64,000 nucleotides of DNA from Thermoanaerobaculia bacterium. GTDB lineage: Bacteria; Acidobacteriota; Thermoanaerobaculia; UBA5066. The stretch is from positions 23,589 to 87,588 of the forward strand of contig JBBRRY010000011.1 in NCBI GenBank assembly GCA_038245905.1. Reading direction: 5' to 3'. This document shows, piece by piece, positions 28,873-39,000 of this stretch (position 1 is its first letter; the number at the start of each line of letters is the position of its first letter). The notes beneath the pieces are model-generated. The model was not told where the DNA came from. It saw only the letters and a program-made list of their open reading frames with translations, and ran no database searches. Both the position numbers and the translations under genes were made by a program.

Positions 28873-30966
28873 ATGTCCGTGAGCCCTGCGTCCCACCGCG
28901 AACGGGCCCTCGTCGCCGCCGCGTTCGCCGTCCTCGCGCTCCTGCGCCTCGCGACGCTCGCGCCCGACCCGTGGGAGTGGGACGAGGTTCTCTTCATGGA
29001 GGGCGTGCGTGACGGACTCGACGTCCGCGTGAACCATCCCCACGCCCCGGGCTACCCGGTCTTCATCCGGATGGGGCAGGGGATTCGCGCGCTCGGCGTC
29101 GAGCCGTTTCGCGCGACGACGCTCGCGGGTGCGCTCGGCGGCTATCTCTCGGTTCTCGCCCTCTACCTCCTCCTCCGGGAGCTCGGCTCGCGCCGCGCGT
29201 GGGCGCTCGTCGGCGCGCTGTTTTACGCGCTGACGCCGTCCGTCTGGCTGCACGGCGTGCGACCGCTCTCGGATGGGCCGGGGGCCGCGGCCGCGCTTTT
29301 CGCCGCGCTGTTCCTGGTGCGCGCGATCGCGGGAAGGGGTCGATTCGACCTCGTCTGGGCGGCGGCATTCACGGCGATCGCGGCGGGCGTCCGCCCGCAG
29401 GTGGGTCTCGCGCTTCTTCCGGCGGCGGGAGTCGCAGCTTTTCTCTCCTTTCGCCGCGAGCGCCGCGCGACGATTCTTGCCCTCGCCGTCCTGACAGGCG
29501 TCCTGCTCTCGGCTGCGATCTGGATTCCGACCTTCAGGAGCTCCGGAGGCTTCGCCGTCTGGAAGGCCCGGTTGGACCAGCAGATGCAGTACGTGACGGA
29601 GTTCGACAGCCCGAAGCTCCGCGACATCGAGCGTCCGGCATTCTGGAAGCGCTGGTGGCTGGACCCGGTTGGCAATGAGGTGGCCGCCCTTGGGCTGCTC
29701 GCGCTGGGCCTCGCGGGCGCTGTACTCGAACGAAGGAAGGCCGGGCCGATCCTTCTGGTGTTCGTTCCCGTCACCGTGCTGACGCTCGCCGTTCTGGGGG
29801 TCGCCTCGGCACCGCGCTACGTCCTCGCATTCTGGGCGGCGCCCTGCGCCCTCGCGGCGTTTGCCCTCGAGTGGGCGTCGCGCCTCCGCGGCGGGAGAAT
29901 CGCCGCGCCGGCAATGGCCATGCTCTCCCTGGCGGCGTTCGCAGCACTCGGCGTGCCCGCGATCGTCGAAGTCGCGACGCGCCCGAGCCCGTCCGTCGCA
30001 GTCATGAAGGCTCTGAAGGCCGAGGGGCTCGCGGCCCGCGACGTCTACGTGACCGAGCCGCTGCGCGTGCACGCCCACGAGTTCATCGGGGGAGGAGTCA
30101 GCGTCGTGGACGAGCTCGTCCCGCTGAGCATTCCACCGGGGGCCGTCCTCGTCGGAGCCGACGACCGGGCCTTCGGCCTCTCGCCTCAGCGCGTCTTTGA
30201 TTTCGAGACCCCGCGCCTCGCTCGGATCTCGCGGGGCCGCTACCTTCGAAGCGAGATCTTCGAGGGGCGCGCCGGCGCCGGGGTATTCGCGCCCGCCGTG
30301 ACGCGTCCCGGATGGCAGCTGCACGGCCGCGTCGGGCTGCCGGAAGGAACGACGCTCTCGGTGCGTTCGGCGGGGTCGGCGGACGTCGCGTTCACGGGAA
30401 CCGCCGCACGCGATCTGGCCGAGATCGAGATCAAGACCTCTTCCGGCGCGCGTCGCGCGGAAGTCGCCGCGAACCGCGACGAGGACGTGTCTTTCGCCGC
30501 CTTCCCCGACGCGATGGAGCGGCTGTTTTCGGTCACGTCCCTCCGCGGCGTTGCCATCCTCGACGGATTCCGGATCACGGCGAAGGATTCGGGCCGGCCC
30601 ACTTTTCGTTTCGACGACGGGATTCCCGCATCGATCGACGAGCCGGTCGAGGGCGCGCACGTCTCGTCGCCGTTCCGCGCCCGCGGCTGGTGCCAGGAGC
30701 GCGGCGGCGGACGCGTGGACCCGCTCGAGTTCCGCCTCGACGGGTTTCTCCTCGAGGACGCACGCGTGACGCGGACGCCTCGACCCGACGTCGCCGCTGT
30801 CCTTCCCACGATTGGTGACGCGAGCGCGGCGGGTTGGGAGGCTCTTCTCTCGACGAAGGTGCCCGACGGCCGCCATGTCCTGACGGTGACGTTCCAGGCC
30901 GGCGATCGCCGCCGCGTCTACCCGCCGCGCACGATCGAGATCGTCGCGGCAGGCCGGACGCGCTGA
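28873..30966 (+). CDS. ArnT/PMT-like GT-C glycosyltransferase D with C-terminal Ig-like domain
   Basis: PWEWDEVLF, HPHAPGYPVF, PLSD, GVRPQ and PRYVL motifs; about 11 TMs; GWCQERGGG..RPDV domain. Confidence 0.8.
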   Translation: MSVSPASHRERALVAAAFAVLALLRLATLAPDPWEWDEVLFMEGVRDGLDVRVNHPHAPGYPVFIRMGQGIRALGVEPFRATTLAGALGGYLSVLALYLLLRELGSRRAWALVGALFYALTPSVWLHGVRPLSDGPGAAAALFAALFLVRAIAGRGRFDLVWAAAFTAIAAGVRPQVGLALLPAAGVAAFLSFRRERRATILALAVLTGVLLSAAIWIPTFRSSGGFAVWKARLDQQMQYVTEFDSPKLRDIERPAFWKRWWLDPVGNEVAALGLLALGLAGAVLERRKAGPILLVFVPVTVLTLAVLGVASAPRYVLAFWAAPCALAAFALEWASRLRGGRIAAPAMAMLSLAAFAALGVPAIVEVATRPSPSVAVMKALKAEGLAARDVYVTEPLRVHAHEFIGGGVSVVDELVPLSIPPGAVLVGADDRAFGLSPQRVFDFETPRLARISRGRYLRSEIFEGRAGAGVFAPAVTRPGWQLHGRVGLPEGTTLSVRSAGSADVAFTGTAARDLAEIEIKTSSGARRAEVAANRDEDVSFAAFPDAMERLFSVTSLRGVAILDGFRITAKDSGRPTFRFDDGIPASIDEPVEGAHVSSPFRARGWCQERGGGRVDPLEFRLDGFLLEDARVTRTPRPDVAAVLPTIGDASAAGWEALLSTKVPDGRHVLTVTFQAGDRRRVYPPRTIEIVAAGRTR

Positions 30967-30967
30967 C

Positions 30968-31474
30968 ATGCGAATGTCTTCGAACATCCTCGCCCGGCGC
31001 TCCCCGCTCGGGGTCGTTGCGGTCGCTGTCCTCGGCGTCTGTGTGCTGCGTTCCGTGCCGGGAGCGTGGGTGCGCGCGAGTGCCGAGGTCGCGGAGCTCC
31101 TGCGCCATGCGGGCGAATCGTTCGCCGAAACGCGCGTAAGGGTTTACGGCAAGGCGTATGCCTCGCGCATCGACGAGATCCGCGGAAAGATCCCAGAGAC
31201 TGGCGCGTATCTCCTCGTCGACGCCGCTGGGGCCACGGACGGGAAACCTCTGGTCCGGCACGATCTCGCTCCCCGCCGGCCAGTGGCGCCTTACCTCATC
31301 GCGGCCGCAGGCCCGATCGGAATCGCTCTCGCGGCGTACGCCGTCCACTTCAACCCGCCCGCTCTCGCGAGCACCACCTGGACGCGATTCCTGATCCAGG
31401 CGTCCATACCTCTCGCGGCGGTTTTCGCCGCGTGCGCACGCGAGGCGTCGAGGAGACTGCCGACTACTTCATGA
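30968..31474 (+). pseudogene. Chimeric deletion-fusion: small GT-associated protein joined to the last helices of a GT-C gene
   Basis: N-terminal part matches 22029..22409 up to DLAPRR. Tail TWTRFLIQASIPLAAVFAACAREA matches GT A TWYRFLMQVSLPLGVLLALALREA. Confidence 0.65.
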
Positions 31475-34427
31475 GATGGAATCGGCGAGGGGCAAGCGTG
31501 CGGCGGCGGCCATCGGGCGTCTCGAGCTCCACGACGAGAGTGTGATCACCCATCGATAGTCTGCTGACGTCCAGATCGACCGCGAAGCCGGTTTCCTTCG
31601 GCACGACGACGTATGGCAGCGCCGATACGACGTCCGGTCGATCCGGACGGTTCAAGCGGACCGGATTCGCATCAAGCCCGTCGATGGCAAAGCGGACGGG
31701 ATCGATCCGTCCTCCTCCCCGCTCGCGGCACCAGCCGACGGCCGTGAGCACGTTTCCGCGGATCGAGCTCCCCTCGGCTGGCACCTCGAGATAGCCCGGA
31801 AGCTCTCCGGATCCTCTCCGTGCAGTGGGTCTCGACGTATCGAGGGTGATCTCGAGCGCCGCGATCCGAGTCGCCCCGCTCTGGCCCGGTTCGGCCGGCG
31901 CGATTGAAATGCGGTTACGCCCGGCCCGCCAGATGGAGTCTTCGATCCGGAACCGCAGCGGGCCTGCCTCGCGGGCAATCTCTCCTGCTGGATGGCCGTT
32001 CACGCTGACGCGCAGATTCCGACGGGGCGATTCAAGAGCCTCCTCTTCGAGGGTCAACGACGTCGCCGGCGCGTCGAGGGGCGGGACGATGAGGTCAGCG
32101 CCGTCCAGCGGCACCAGGAGGGCGGCCCGGCCGTCGCCATCGCGTTTTTCCCGCCGCGAAGAGTTCAGAAGGAAGTACTCCGACTCCGGACGGTCAAAAG
32201 ACACCCTCAGTGTGTCCTCTCGCGTCGAATCTTCGCGGACCGCAAAGACTTCCATCCTCGAATCGCCGAACACGCGAGGGAAACCCTCGGGCTCGATCGC
32301 GATCCAGTCCCTTTCCGGCAGCTCGTCTCCCGTCCTCTCCACCGCAACGAATGCGACCGCGAGCAGTCGGAGGTTTTCACGCCACTCCTTGCGGTCGACA
32401 CGGTGCCGCGGGAACTCCAGCGATCCTTTCCACGAAAAGAAAGATGCCCCGAGCGGCGGCGACAGCCCTCGCTCTCCAGGACCCAAATACGTGGGAACGT
32501 AGAGCACCCTGTTCTGGAGCTGTCGTCCGAAGAAGAGGAATGGCTGATTTCCGCCGCAGAAGGCAATCGTCGTTCCGGGGGACGCCGTGCGATCGAGAAA
32601 CGACGCTGCGGGATTTGTCTCCAGCTTTCGCGATAGATAGCGCTCGAAGAGCCGTCCCGTTCCGACCGAGCCGAGTGCGAGAAATACTGCCCCCGCGGCC
32701 AAGCTACCTCGCGCCAAAGTGAGCTTTCGTCGCGGAACCTGCCGCCAAAAGGCGTACCCCATAACGATCACGGCGCTCACCGCGCCGACCGCCAGCACAC
32801 GACCCAGACCGCCCTTTGTGCGCTGCGAAGCGACCAGGGTAGCCAGAACGACGAGAGCGACCGTCAGCCTGCCGAATCGGGCAGCCCCTGGGGGCAGTCG
32901 TTCGAGAAGCCACGCGACAGCCAGCCCCGTTAGGGCAAGGCCGCCGAAGACGTATCGGATATCCCGGTGATCGGCCATCAATCGAACAAACGTCAGATAG
33001 AAGATGGCAGGAAGAGAAAGCAGGATGATCTCTCCCGCCTCGACCCTTGATGTTCCCTGTGCTCGAGTCGGTCGCAGCCTCGACACGGTCCAGGAGAGGA
33101 ACGCCATGGCAGGAGCGAGCACCGCGCCGGGCAGGAGGATCCAACGGAACAACGGCCCGAGAAGGTCGATGCGGTCCCAGAGGAAACGGAGCGGTTCCAA
33201 ACCCGATCGTCCTCGGATGGCGAGACCCGCGATCGTGTCATCCGCCCATCCTTGAAAAATGCGATGGCCTCCGATGCTGAGGGTCGCCGGGAAGAGAGGA
33301 TTCCCGGATCCGACCGCATTCCGCAGATACGTGTAGCCGCCGACGCCGAACATCGTCGCGACTCCGACAAGGAAACCGAGACTGACCGGCCACACCGCAG
33401 CGCGACGGTCCTCCGGCGGTGAGCTCCATAGCCCGGAAGCCAAGCACGCGCCGGCGAGGAGGAGGAGCGGAGGGAGGAACATCGCTCCTGTGTACTTGGT
33501 TCCAATCATGAGGCCGAGCGCGGCGCCGAGGAAAACCGCGCGCCCGACAGTCGGGCCGCGTCGCAAGAGCAGGGCGGCGCACGCGCTCGCCAATGTGCAG
33601 AAGGCCAGAGCGTGATCGTTGCCGGCTCCGAGCATCCCCGATGGGAAGACGCGCGGGCTGGCCGCATAGAGAAGAACCGCAACGGCAGCCGCCCCCGTGC
33701 GGAGCGAGAGGAGGCGCGCAAGGGAGGCAAGCGCGACGAGGGCGCCGAGCGCGAACGGCGCCTCGCTCCAGCGGGCCAGAAAGTCGATGCCGTCGAGCGG
33801 AAGCAGGAGAAGGAGGGAGAAGAGCTCCCCACCGATCGGATAGAAGGCGGTGCTGCCGTCACCGACAGGGAATTTGATACTGCGGAGGTCGTGCCATTGA
33901 AACCATGTCGCGACCGCGGACAGATGGTAGGAGGTGTCGTCGTAGCCGTGGGCGCCGGGGGGCGCGTTCCGCTCGGAGATCACGGCCACAAGGAGGGCGA
34001 CCCAGAAGAAAGCCAGGGTGCCGAGAATCGCCCATCGTTCCAACCGATCGATCTCTGGGGTGGTTCGCTTGCGAGGCACCGCCGTAGCCGACCGGAAAGG
34101 AGCGGCTACCAACAGAGCGAGCGCCACGACAATCAGCACGACGCGCGACGTCAAGAGCCCGAAGTGGCCCAGCGTGGTTGCGATGAGCATCCAGCTTGCG
34201 ACCAGGACCACGAGAGCCGCCGTCAGGGTCGTTGCGCGATCCTCGTCGGGAACGAGGAACCTGCCGAGACGAAGGGAGAGCCTGCTGATTCCGAGAAAGA
34301 ACACGGCCGCCAGCGCGACCTTCGCGGCCAACGGAAAGAGAGACACTTCGAGAGCACCGAGCACAAGCAGGCCGGCCGACGCCACATCGAGTAACGAGGA
34401 TCGAGCCTGGGGCGTTCTCAAGGTCAA
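31464..34427 (-). CDS. GT-C-type glycosyltransferase E with periplasmic domains and C-terminal Ig-like domain
   Basis: GYDDTSYHL..W, FYPIGGE, GNDH, GTKYTG, YLRN..GNPLFP and RYVF motifs; GWCRERGGG..RPDV domain. TTG start at 34427 or 34430. Confidence 0.75.
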   Translation of the reverse strand: MTLRTPQARSSLLDVASAGLLVLGALEVSLFPLAAKVALAAVFFLGISRLSLRLGRFLVPDEDRATTLTAALVVLVASWMLIATTLGHFGLLTSRVVLIVVALALLVAAPFRSATAVPRKRTTPEIDRLERWAILGTLAFFWVALLVAVISERNAPPGAHGYDDTSYHLSAVATWFQWHDLRSIKFPVGDGSTAFYPIGGELFSLLLLLPLDGIDFLARWSEAPFALGALVALASLARLLSLRTGAAAVAVLLYAASPRVFPSGMLGAGNDHALAFCTLASACAALLLRRGPTVGRAVFLGAALGLMIGTKYTGAMFLPPLLLLAGACLASGLWSSPPEDRRAAVWPVSLGFLVGVATMFGVGGYTYLRNAVGSGNPLFPATLSIGGHRIFQGWADDTIAGLAIRGRSGLEPLRFLWDRIDLLGPLFRWILLPGAVLAPAMAFLSWTVSRLRPTRAQGTSRVEAGEIILLSLPAIFYLTFVRLMADHRDIRYVFGGLALTGLAVAWLLERLPPGAARFGRLTVALVVLATLVASQRTKGGLGRVLAVGAVSAVIVMGYAFWRQVPRRKLTLARGSLAAGAVFLALGSVGTGRLFERYLSRKLETNPAASFLDRTASPGTTIAFCGGNQPFLFFGRQLQNRVLYVPTYLGPGERGLSPPLGASFFSWKGSLEFPRHRVDRKEWRENLRLLAVAFVAVERTGDELPERDWIAIEPEGFPRVFGDSRMEVFAVREDSTREDTLRVSFDRPESEYFLLNSSRREKRDGDGRAALLVPLDGADLIVPPLDAPATSLTLEEEALESPRRNLRVSVNGHPAGEIAREAGPLRFRIEDSIWRAGRNRISIAPAEPGQSGATRIAALEITLDTSRPTARRGSGELPGYLEVPAEGSSIRGNVLTAVGWCRERGGGRIDPVRFAIDGLDANPVRLNRPDRPDVVSALPYVVVPKETGFAVDLDVSRLSMGDHTLVVELETPDGRRRTLAPRRFHLMK

Positions 34428-34527
34428 CAAAAACTATAGAGCCTCAGCGGGAACGACGGCTCGTTTCGGAAAACCAATGTCAGGGCGGCCTTCGGGCGCC
34501 GGCGGATCAGCGGGCCGATCGCGCCCC

Positions 34528-36045
34528 TCAGACCACCGCGGCCAGCTCGTAGAGGTAGTCGACGAACGAGCGCGCGGCGCCGTCGTAGCCCGACACCCTC
34601 GGATTCGTCGACTCGATCACGAAGTACTCGTCGGGCGCGTGCGCGCCGCTGCCGTGGCCGAGGCCGTGGTGGCCCGAGGCTAGCTTGAGCGGTTCGCCCG
34701 TGAAGACGTAGCCGGGGTACGAGCCAGCGTTCCGGACCCAGAGGAACGGATCGAGACCCGCCTTCTTGTAGACGGACATCTGCGCGCGGATGAGCGGCGC
34801 GTCGGGGGACGTCTCCGTCGGGCCGTAGCCGCCCGAGACGTTGACCTCGATGTCGCCGAAGCCGCGCTTTTGGAGATGCGCCTTGAGCGCCGCGATCGCG
34901 CCGTCGAACGTCATGTCGGGCACGAGGCGCAGGTCGAGCTTCGCGACGGCCTTGTTCGGGAGCATCGTCTTGCCGCCCGGGCCCATGTAGCCGCCGACGA
35001 GGCCCTCGATGTTCACGGTCGGTGAGAAGGTGAGCCGCTCGAGCGACGCGCGCCACGAGTCGTCGTGCACCCAGCGCGTTGCGCCGAGCATCCTCTTCGC
35101 CGTCGCTTCATCGAGCCGCTTCGCAGCGGCGTCGAGGATCGCGGTCTGTGCTGCGTTCGGCGGCTTGGCGGCCGCCGCGAAGCCGTCGATCGCCGGGTCG
35201 CCGTCCGCGGTCACGAGAGTCGCGAGCGCCTGCACGAGATGGAACGCCGGGCTGTCGAGCCGCGCGCGGTTCGCGGAGTGGACGTCCTTCGAAGGGCCGC
35301 GGCCCCACTTCGCACCGCTCGAGACAAGCTCGCACTCGACGACGCCTTTGGCGCCGAGAGAGACCGTGACGGAGCCGTCGGGGTCCTGGCCGGCGCCCGG
35401 CATGAAGACGCCCATCGTCTTGCCGAGAGCCGCAAGCACTTCCGGCTTGCGGACGATCTCTGGAATGTGCGGCGAGCCGATTTCCTCCTCACCCTCGGCG
35501 ACGAGGACGAGGTTGACGGGGAGCTTCACGCCCGCGCCCTTGAAGGCGTGGAGAGCGGCGAGAAAAGCGGACTCGGGGCCCTTCTGGTTCACGGCGCCGC
35601 GTCCGACGAGGACCCTGCCGAAGCCGGCCTTGTCGACGATCGACGCGTCGAAGGGCTTCCCGGTCGTCCACTCTGCGGGGTCCGCCTGTTTGACGTCGTA
35701 CATGAAGTAGAGGCCGACGGTCCGGGGAGCACCCGCGTCGAGCGTCGCGAAGACGCCCGGGACGCCGGACGTCGGCATCCGGACGGCGGTCTGGAAGCCG
35801 GCGTCCTTCGCGAGCGCGATCATCTGCTGGCAGCCCGTTTCCATCCCACGGTTCTCGGCCGCGATGGAGGGATTCCGCACCCAGTCCTGAAGCCGCGCCA
35901 CAGCTTCGCCGTGGCGCTTCTCGATTTCGGCGTAGATCTTTGCGCGGTCGTCGGCGGCGAAGGCGAAGCGGGGGAGGGAAGAAGCTGCTGTCACCGCTGC
36001 CGTGGCGGCGGCCGCACCGAGGAGGTCTCTTCTGTTCATTGGCAT
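34528..36045 (-). CDS. M20/M25/M40 family metallopeptidase, Tat-exported
   Basis: MNRRDLL Tat motif, MYDVKQ, GRGAVNQKG, EGEEEIGSP and GAHAPDEY. Confidence 0.9.
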   Translation of the reverse strand: MPMNRRDLLGAAAATAAVTAASSLPRFAFAADDRAKIYAEIEKRHGEAVARLQDWVRNPSIAAENRGMETGCQQMIALAKDAGFQTAVRMPTSGVPGVFATLDAGAPRTVGLYFMYDVKQADPAEWTTGKPFDASIVDKAGFGRVLVGRGAVNQKGPESAFLAALHAFKGAGVKLPVNLVLVAEGEEEIGSPHIPEIVRKPEVLAALGKTMGVFMPGAGQDPDGSVTVSLGAKGVVECELVSSGAKWGRGPSKDVHSANRARLDSPAFHLVQALATLVTADGDPAIDGFAAAAKPPNAAQTAILDAAAKRLDEATAKRMLGATRWVHDDSWRASLERLTFSPTVNIEGLVGGYMGPGGKTMLPNKAVAKLDLRLVPDMTFDGAIAALKAHLQKRGFGDIEVNVSGGYGPTETSPDAPLIRAQMSVYKKAGLDPFLWVRNAGSYPGYVFTGEPLKLASGHHGLGHGSGAHAPDEYFVIESTNPRVSGYDGAARSFVDYLYELAAVV

Positions 36046-36082
36046 GGGGCGGAGTCTACCGCCGGGTCTATGCTCTCCCACG

Positions 36083-39000
36083 ATGTCTTCCGGTCGAGGT
36101 GATCCGGTGAAGCCGGGAGGTCCCGGTGACTCCGCGAGCGGCGGATCCGATCTCTCTCGCGACCTGACGGCCGCGACGCCGCCCGGAAGCGGACCCCGCC
36201 TTCCCGCGCCCTCGATCAGCGGGACGACGCTTGGCCACTTCGAGGTGCTCGAGCGGATCGGCGCGGGTGGCTTCGGAGAGGTCTATCGGGCGCGGGACGT
36301 TCGCGTCGACCGGCTGGTTGCGCTGAAAGTATTGCCGGAAGATTTCTTAGAAGGTGAAGAGAGGAGGGTGCGCTTCCAGCGCGAGGCGAAGCTGCTCGCG
36401 AGCCTGAACCACTCCGGGATCGCCACTCTCTATTCATTCGAAGAAATCCCTGGTTCCCTCTCCTCTTCCTCTTCCTCGGCCTCCTCGGCCACGCGCCACG
36501 TCCTCGTCATGGAGCTCGTCGACGGCAGAACGCTCCACGCCGCGCTCGCGAGGGGGCCGTTCTCCGCCGCGGAGGCGCTGACTGTCGCGATCCAGATCGC
36601 CGACGCGCTCGCCGAGGCGCACCGCGCCGGCATTCTTCACCGCGACGTCAAGAGCGGCAACATCATGCTGACGTCCCGCGGGCAGGTGAAAGTGCTCGAC
36701 TTCGGCCTCGCGAAGCGCCTGGAGGGCGGGCCCGCGTCCGGCGCTGCCGGGCCCGAGCTGACACGCGAGGGCACGACGCTTGGGACTCTCTCCTACATGT
36801 CGCCCGAGCAGCTCCTCGGCAAGGCCGTCGACGTGCGCAGCGACCTCTTCTCGTTCGGCGTCGTCCTTTACGAGATGCTCACGGGGCGCCTGCCGTTTCA
36901 GGGAAGCACGACGGTTGCCGTCGCGGACTCGATCCTGCACGCGGAGCCCAAAGACTTCGGTGAGCAGCCCGTCCCGGAAGGGCTGAAGCGGATCGTCAAG
37001 AAGCTCCTCGAAAAAGACCCAGCCCGCCGCTTCGCGAGCGCGGAGGAAGTCCTCGAAGCCTTGCGAGCCCAGCAGGCGGCGATGGCCCCGGCGCGGGCCA
37101 GGAGACTCTCGCGGAATTCCCGCATCCTTCTTGTCGCCGCCGCCGTCGTCGTCGCGCTCGGGGCGTGGGCGTGGTCGCGCGAGGCCCGCACACGGCGAGC
37201 GCGCGAAGCGGTGCCGGAGATCGCGCGGCTCCTGGCCGAGGACGAGTACGCGAAGGCGACGGCGCTCTGCCGCGAGGCCCGGGCCGTACTGCCGGGCGAC
37301 CCCGCGCTCGAAAAACTCTGGCTGCAGGCGACGCTCGAGTTCTCCGTCGAGAGCATGCCGCCCGGAGCCGACGTGTCGTATCGGCCCTACCGCGGAGACG
37401 CGAACGTCTGGCAAAGCCTCGGGAAGGCGCCGTTGAACAAGGTCCGCGTGCCGAAGGACCGCTACGTCTGGCGCGTCGAGAAGGCGGGCTACCGTCCCCG
37501 TTACCAGATTCTGCCGACGTGGATCTTCACGGGCGGCAACTTGACGTTCCGGCTCGACGAGGAGGGGAGCACACCCGCGGAAATGGTCCGCGTGACCGGA
37601 GGAAAGGTCGACCTCTCGATTCCCGGGCTCGACCAGCTGCCGCAGGTCGAGCTGGAGGACTACCTGATCGACCGGGACGAGGTCACGAACGAGGAGTTCC
37701 GGAAGTTCGTCGATGCGGGCGGGTATCAAAAACGCGATTTCTGGAAGCAGCCGTTCGTGCGCGACGGGCGGACGGTTCCGTGGGACGAGGCGATGGCGCC
37801 CTTCCGCGACTCGACCGGGCGCCCCGGCCCGGCGACGTGGGAGCTCGGGAGCTTCCCGAAGGGCCGGGCGAAGTACCCCGTTGCGGCCGTGAGCTGGTAC
37901 GAGGCGGCGGCCTACGCGGAGTTCGCGGGAAAGAGCCTGCCGAGCGTCCACCACTGGAACCGGGCCGCACAGACGCGCGCGAGCATGCTCATCGTGCCGG
38001 GGAGCAATTTCCGCGGAGACGGGACGGTGCCTGTGGGCGGCCCCGGCGCCATCAGCGGTTTCGGAACCTCGGACATGGCGGGCAACGTCAAGGAGTGGTG
38101 TTGGAACGAGACGTCGAAGGACCGGAGGTTCATCCTCGGCGGAGGCTTCGGCGAGCCGACGTACATGTTCATCGACCAGGATGCGCAGTCGCCCTGGGAC
38201 CGCCGGCCGAACTACGGGTTCCGCTGCGTGAAGCTCTCCGGGCCGCCGCCCCTTGCCGCTCTCGCGCGCATCGAGCCCGAATTCCGGGATTACGCGAAAG
38301 AGAAGCCCGTGCCGGACGAGGTGTTCCGCGCCTACAAGGGCCTCTACGCCTACGACAAGGGAAACCTGGACGCGCGGGTCGAGGAGACGGAGGTGACCGA
38401 GGACTGGGCGCGTGAGAAGGTCAGCTTCAATGCCGCGTACGGCGGCGAGCGCGTCGTCGCCTACCTCTATTTGCCAAAGAACGCGTCCCCGCCGTTCCAG
38501 ACGGTCGTCTACTTTCCCGGCTCCAACGCCATCCACGCGGATAAGTTCACGCTGTCGGTCTACGCGGACTTCATCCCGAAGAGCGGTCGGGCGCTGATCG
38601 CTCCGATCTACAAGAGCACGTACGAGAGGCGGGACGAGCTGAAGTCCGACTACCCGGAGCCGACGGCGTTCTGGCGCGACCACAATGTCTTTTGGTCCAA
38701 GGACGTGGGCCGGTCGATCGACTACCTCGAGACGCGGAAGGACGTGGACCGATCGAAGCTGGCGTACCTCGGCCTGAGCTGGGGAAGCGCCGTCGCTCCG
38801 ATCGTCCTCGCCGTCGAAGACCGTTTCCGGACGGCCGTCCTCGAGTCGGGAGGGCTCGAGTTCCAGAAGACCCTGCCCGAGGCCGACCAGATCAACTTCG
38901 TGAGCCGCGTGAAGATCCCCGTCCTCATGCTGAACGGCCGGTACGACCACTTCTTTCCCGTCGAGTCGTCCCAGCTTCCGTTCTTCCACCTGCTCGGGAC

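Noticed and set aside
26434-30987. 1517-aa (-) and 1325-aa (+) overlapping ORFs suggesting giant overlapping genes
   Set aside because: Each N-terminal extension is the antisense shadow of the divergent neighbour. Plausible starts are 28821(-) and 28873(+) with back-to-back -10 elements.
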